Source: an uncultured cyanobacterium (GTDB taxonomy: Bacteria; Cyanobacteriota; Cyanobacteriia; Cyanobacteriales; CAWUOF01). Taken from it: a stretch of DNA of 64,000 nt. The stretch spans positions 2,976,001 to 3,040,000 of the forward strand of contig CAVUSO010000001.1 in the NCBI GenBank assembly GCA_963744145.1, in the 5' to 3' direction. The position numbers and the translations under genes were made by a program. The notes beneath the pieces are model-generated. The model did no database searches and had not been told where the DNA came from. It worked only from the letters and a program-made list of their open reading frames with translations. Below, in pieces: positions 59,682 to 64,000 of the stretch (within the stretch, counting starts at the first letter, position 1; each line of letters begins with the position of its first letter).

Positions 59682-61055
59682 TTATTGACTAGCGATCGCT
59701 AAATCACCTTTGAGAAAATCCACAAATTGACGTGCTGTTCGTCCAGATCTACCATTATGATGAGTTGCCCATTGTAAAGCACGCTTTTCTAATTCTCCTT
59801 CACTTAGATAAATTTCTGCTTGTTTGGCTAAATGATTGACTATTTCTAAATAGGTTTTTTGATCTGCTGACTCAAAAGTCAGGGTTAAACCAAAGCGATC
59901 GCTAAAGGAAAGTTTCTCCTGTACTGTATCCCAAGCATGAACTTCATCACCATCACGCGGACGAGGACGATCGTCAAAAAATTCCCGAATTAAATGTCTC
60001 CGGTTGGAAGTTGCATATACTACTACATTTTGGGGTCTGGCGGTTAAACTTCCTTCTAAAACAACTTTTAAAGCTTTGAAAGCGTCGTCATCTTCCTCAA
60101 AAGATAAGTCATCCACAAAAATAATAAATTTTTGGGGAACGTCTCGCAATTCTTCGACAATAGTGGGTAAATCTCTTAAATCAGATTTGGCTAGTTCAAT
60201 CAGTCGTAAGTGGCGATCGCTATACTCATTTAATAACGCTTTGACCAAAGAAGATTTCCCCGAACCACGACTGCCATACAACAAAACATGCAAGGCTGGA
60301 TATCCAGCTAACAAAAACTCTGTATTCTTTAATAATTGCGATCGCTGGTATTCATAGCCAACTAATTGCGTTAATTTCACCGGATCAGAATTTTTAACTC
60401 CGATTAATTTCCCAGACTGCCAACGTAAAGCTTTATAATTGGCAAATAAACCTGTACCAACCTTTTTATAATAAACTAACAAATCTTCGATCGCATCAGT
60501 CCATTTTTTGAGTTTATGGAGTTTATCTCGTAACGACTTTTCATAAATCGTTTTCACGGTAATCGGTCGCAAATGCCAAATCACTGGGGCAACGGGTAAT
60601 CCCGTCGCATCTTGTACCAACCGACTCAGTTCTTGACCCCTACATTTATATAGACTATGCAAAGCTTGTAAATCATTTTCCACCGCAGCGATTAAAGCTG
60701 GCGAAATTTTCCATCCTCCTGGTGTTTGTGCTTGTCTAGTAAACGGATTATCATCTTTGAGAATTTGGCTGATCAAATAATCTTGCCAACTTTCATTGCC
60801 CACAGCCATTGCTTTAAACCAACGTCCATAGGCCCTTATACAAGCTAAAGCAATTTCTTCATTGTTATTGCTATAGCGGATCGCTTGTAAAAGTTCTATA
60901 AATGCTTGACCTGGTTCTTCACTCAGCACATTTTGATAGAGTAGTATAGACGCCGCTTGGCGCTGGAGAAATCGAATAGATGCAATATCTTTGGGGTCTA
61001 AAGAGGACATAATTGATATTTTAGAAGCGGCCAGATCACAGCTAATGTCTTCCAT
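59682..61055 (-). CDS. DUF815-family AAA+ ATPase
   Basis: LLYGSRGSGKSS, FVDDLSFE, YATSNRRHL, SDRFG, RSGRTARQF. Confidence 0.9.
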   Translation of the reverse strand: MEDISCDLAASKISIMSSLDPKDIASIRFLQRQAASILLYQNVLSEEPGQAFIELLQAIRYSNNNEEIALACIRAYGRWFKAMAVGNESWQDYLISQILKDDNPFTRQAQTPGGWKISPALIAAVENDLQALHSLYKCRGQELSRLVQDATGLPVAPVIWHLRPITVKTIYEKSLRDKLHKLKKWTDAIEDLLVYYKKVGTGLFANYKALRWQSGKLIGVKNSDPVKLTQLVGYEYQRSQLLKNTEFLLAGYPALHVLLYGSRGSGKSSLVKALLNEYSDRHLRLIELAKSDLRDLPTIVEELRDVPQKFIIFVDDLSFEEDDDAFKALKVVLEGSLTARPQNVVVYATSNRRHLIREFFDDRPRPRDGDEVHAWDTVQEKLSFSDRFGLTLTFESADQKTYLEIVNHLAKQAEIYLSEGELEKRALQWATHHNGRSGRTARQFVDFLKGDLAIASQ

Positions 61056-61177
61056 AAAAGTAATACTCTCCTTTGGCTACATTAGCCTGTCTTATAAAAA
61101 TTTATCATTTTTTGCCAATAAAAAAACAGGGCTATAAATGCCCTGTCAACCCAACAAAATCTAAAGCTAACCAAATC

Positions 61178-61348
61178 TCAGGATTCTTCTTCGTCGTCAT
61201 CCTGAGCATAGACAAAGTTAGCACGCCCGGTCAAAATCGATTTTCCGAGAGAGAGCGCTTTCTGAGCTTGGATAGTAGCTTTATGCTTCCAAACAGCTTT
61301 ACGCTTATCTCGCTTGGACTTGGAGGTTTTCTTCTTTGGAACAGCCAT
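61178..61348 (-). CDS. rpmF: 50S ribosomal protein L32
   Basis: Manual translation [56 protein letters not shown] (56 aa, below the ORF-track cutoff). Confidence 0.96.
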   Translation of the reverse strand: MAVPKKKTSKSKRDKRKAVWKHKATIQAQKALSLGKSILTGRANFVYAQDDDEEES

Positions 61349-61475
61349 GATTCTAAAAGACTGTAATTATGGACAACCTTTCTATACTAAGGCATTAAAC
61401 CAGATTCTGGTAATCGAAATTCACTCAAAAACAATTTTTTCCGCTCAATCTTAAGAAAATTTAATAATTAGCCGA

Positions 61476-62099
61476 TTATTTAGGTTGGTCAGGAGTTGGT
61501 TGGGCCGGTGGTTGTCCAGGAGTCGGGTTCGGATTAGCCCCATTAGGGGGAGGAGGTAAAGCAGGAGTTGGACTTGGGGGAGTAGTAGTTGCAGGAGGAT
61601 TAGCTGTTCCTGGTGAGGTAGGAGTAGTAGGAGGGGAATCAGAAGTAGGTTGGTCAAACTTTAATAGGGTCTGAGAAGTAGGAAAATATTTTGCCCATTT
61701 TTTTGGATCAGGGCGACTTTTCCATTGAGGACGACTGACAGAGATCTCCAGAATCTGAGCTTCTAACCCTTTATTAACCCCAATAATAATAATCGAAACA
61801 TCGCTCACCAAAAGATTGCTGTCAAAGCTACGCTGAACCGCAGCACGAGCAACTGACTCAGCTCTACTGATAAAACTTTGATAGCTCTCATCATTGTCTC
61901 GGTCAAGGGAAATATCAACGCTGGCAGTATAAGCTTGGGCAATTTCTGGCGCGATCGCAATATTAGCTAACCACCAACATCCACTCCCAGCCAAAATTAC
62001 CATCAAACCCAGGGAAATAATTGGCGTATTTCCCCACAAATGAGGGAAAATAGCACTAAAATTGTTACCTGTATGGGGAGAACGAGATTTCCGCAGCAT
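61476..62099 (-). CDS. Conserved cyanobacterial exported protein with Pro/Thr-rich tail
   Basis: Hydrophobic N-terminal segment, RAESVARAAVQRSFD core, low-complexity C-terminus. Confidence 0.7.
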   Translation of the reverse strand: MLRKSRSPHTGNNFSAIFPHLWGNTPIISLGLMVILAGSGCWWLANIAIAPEIAQAYTASVDISLDRDNDESYQSFISRAESVARAAVQRSFDSNLLVSDVSIIIIGVNKGLEAQILEISVSRPQWKSRPDPKKWAKYFPTSQTLLKFDQPTSDSPPTTPTSPGTANPPATTTPPSPTPALPPPPNGANPNPTPGQPPAQPTPDQPK

Positions 62100-62208
62100 A
62101 GGTACTTAGCTTGTTACTCTTGAATAGCATTATAGCAGTCAAGACTAATGGCAAGTTGATTTGTGGTAAATTCTGAGCATTGGGAAAAATGGGAGAAGTG
62201 GGGGAAAA

Positions 62209-64000
62209 ATGAAAAATCATTGGGCGATCGCGATCGGTATCAATCAATATCAATGCTTCCAACCTTTAAGTTACGCCCAAAAAGATGCAGAAGCACTGCA
62301 CAGTTTTTTAATCAGTGAAGCTGGCTTTTTGCCCGAGCAATGTCTGCTATTGACTGACACATCTCCACCCACTGCGACTCAGCCAACCTATCCAAATCGA
62401 GAAAATATTCAAACTTGTCTAGAACGAATTTGTCGAGAACAACTACAACCAGGAGATCACCTGTGGTTTTTCTTCAGTGGTTATGGTGTCAATCCGGATG
62501 GTGCAGATTACTTGATGCCCATTGAAGGAAACCCAGAGCAAATCGAAGCAACAGGTATTTCCATTCAAACAATTTTTAATAATCTGAAAGCAGCCCCCAC
62601 CCCAAATCAGTTGGTACTGCTAGATATAAACCGTTCCCAGGGGATTCGCACGGTCGGAACTATTGGGACTCAGACAGCCCAGTTAGCACAACAGATGGAA
62701 ATTGTGACGGTGCTATCCTGTCAAGCCAACCAATTTTCGCGAGAAACATCAACCCTGCAACATGGTTTTTTTACAGCAGCTCTCCTCGAAAGTTTGCGTT
62801 CACAACATGGTCACATTTTAGAAAAGTTAGGAAGTTATTTAAGCGATCGCTTACCAGAATTAAGCGAACAACATTGGCGTCCCAAACAAGAACCTGTGCT
62901 GATCATTCCCACAGGTCAAGAGCAACGAGTGATTTTACCTGTCCCTGAACTAGCCCCAACGACAGAAAATCTCCCCATCCTGGTGGCTACTTTAGCTGGT
63001 AATTCATCCCAGCCATTTACAGAACTACCGATCACACCACCCCCCATATCTACCAATGGTGCTACCCCGATCGCTCCGACTCCCCCAGTACCAGTAGTAA
63101 CTCCTACCCCGATTCCCGTTACCACTCCCGCACCAATTCCACCCAAGAAAACCCCCTGGTTGCTCTGGCTCAGTGTTTTTGTCCTAGCTTTCTGTGGGAT
63201 CATGTTTGCTCTGAGTAAAACGGGATGGCTCGGACAAAGACAACCCGAAATTGTGACTGAAGGAAATCTCCCCTCTACAACTGAGTCCCTCAGTAAACCT
63301 AGTACCAAACCATCCACTTTATCTACAACTAAGACTTCTCCAAGTAAGAATTTGTCTTTAAATCTACCTCCCGATCGCCAAAATCCCTTAAATCAGGCTA
63401 GAGTCGTTTTACAAGGAAATCCCGCTTCTCATTTTAGTAATGCAATTAAAGCAGCTCGCCAAATTCCCCCCAATAGCCCACTTTATGCCCAAGCACAGCA
63501 GGATATTAACCGCTGGAGTCAGGTAATTTTAGATATCGCCCAGGGACGAGCCGAGCAAGGAAATTTTGATCTGGCGATCGGAGCTGCTTTGTTGGTTCCT
63601 AATGATCGAAGTGAGATTTATCAAGCAGCACAGCAGGATCTATCGGTTTGGCAACAGCAACTTCAATTGCAAAAAGAACGACAAAAATTGTTACAGACAG
63701 GTAAGCGATTGGCTCAAGGAGAGTTAGCATCTTCCTATAGTGATGCTATTTTTCAAGCTCGGAAAATTCCCCCTAGTGACCCGTTATTTAAGCAAGCCCA
63801 GGAAAATATTGATCTTTGGAGTCGTGGGATTTTAAATATTGCCAAAGAACGCGCTCTCCAAGGAAAATTTGTAGCGGCAATTGCTGCGGCTCGCTTGGTC
63901 CCTAATGATCGTCCTAGTGTATATCAGGAAGCCCAGCAGCTAATTGTTACTTGGCAAAAACCTTCTCAGCAGCAAACATTTATTGCTCTGTTGCAAAAAG
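62209..64000 (+). CDS. Caspase-like (peptidase C14) membrane protein with substituted catalytic dyad; runs off the window end
   Basis: MKNHWAIAIGINQY, FFFSGYG (His to Tyr), LLDINRS (Cys to Asn), HGFFTAAL, Pro-rich linker, TM helix, repeated A.KIPP..PL...AQ..I..WS units; no stop inside the window. Confidence 0.9.
   Translation, partial: MKNHWAIAIGINQYQCFQPLSYAQKDAEALHSFLISEAGFLPEQCLLLTDTSPPTATQPTYPNRENIQTCLERICREQLQPGDHLWFFFSGYGVNPDGADYLMPIEGNPEQIEATGISIQTIFNNLKAAPTPNQLVLLDINRSQGIRTVGTIGTQTAQLAQQMEIVTVLSCQANQFSRETSTLQHGFFTAALLESLRSQHGHILEKLGSYLSDRLPELSEQHWRPKQEPVLIIPTGQEQRVILPVPELAPTTENLPILVATLAGNSSQPFTELPITPPPISTNGATPIAPTPPVPVVTPTPIPVTTPAPIPPKKTPWLLWLSVFVLAFCGIMFALSKTGWLGQRQPEIVTEGNLPSTTESLSKPSTKPSTLSTTKTSPSKNLSLNLPPDRQNPLNQARVVLQGNPASHFSNAIKAARQIPPNSPLYAQAQQDINRWSQVILDIAQGRAEQGNFDLAIGAALLVPNDRSEIYQAAQQDLSVWQQQLQLQKERQKLLQTGKRLAQGELASSYSDAIFQARKIPPSDPLFKQAQENIDLWSRGILNIAKERALQGKFVAAIAAARLVPNDRPSVYQEAQQLIVTWQKPSQQQTFIALLQK

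Noticed and set aside
1048..60357. Many short (60-120 aa) track ORFs overlapping larger genes, e.g. 14173-14535, 24657-24980, 38305-38580, 60004-60357
   Set aside because: Antisense or out-of-frame shadows of well-supported CDSs, with no motifs or RBS.
61073..61366. 97-aa plus-strand ORF
   Set aside because: Shadow of rpmF on the minus strand.
62916..63317. 133-aa Gly/Val-rich minus-strand ORF (also 62065-62262)
   Set aside because: Antisense to the caspase-like gene and its Pro-rich linker.

Overview
AT-rich cyanobacterial chromosome segment. The HIP1 octamer GCGATCGC recurs throughout, and the window carries ftn2, a cyanobacteriochrome kinase, a GUN4 domain and an NtcA box. The housekeeping backbone includes an ECF ATPase, a NYN/YacP protein, tRNA-Asn, ruvC, pdhA/pdhB, ftn2, a DHNA-CoA thioesterase and rpmF (missed by the ORF track). 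Four accessory blocks interrupt it. (1) A HIP1-free, translationally coupled four-gene operon behind tRNA-Asn: a Pch2/TRIP13-like AAA ATPase, two tiny ORFs that look like the two halves of one PD-(D/E)xK nuclease, and an unknown 122-aa protein. This is a candidate defence or toxin module. (2) A HIP1-bounded duplication array of two Uma2 nucleases that differ almost only in one 61-nt block, flanked by two coiled-coil repeat genes. (3) A five-gene type III PKS cluster (Tat-signal intradiol dioxygenase, cytochrome b5 desaturase, Pks18-like PKS, flavin monooxygenase, Bcr/CflA exporter). It lies between 295-bp direct repeats inside an array of giant Ser/Thr kinase-AAA-GAF-His kinase genes, next to a chimeric kinase relic hit by two MITEs. 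(4) A surface glycosylation locus: three DUF2079 paralogs, another GT-C-like protein, a decayed acyltransferase-SGNH gene and a GT2-GtrA fusion. Several genes carry single-base lesions, which may be real decay or assembly error. All family calls come from motif recognition by eye, with no database search.
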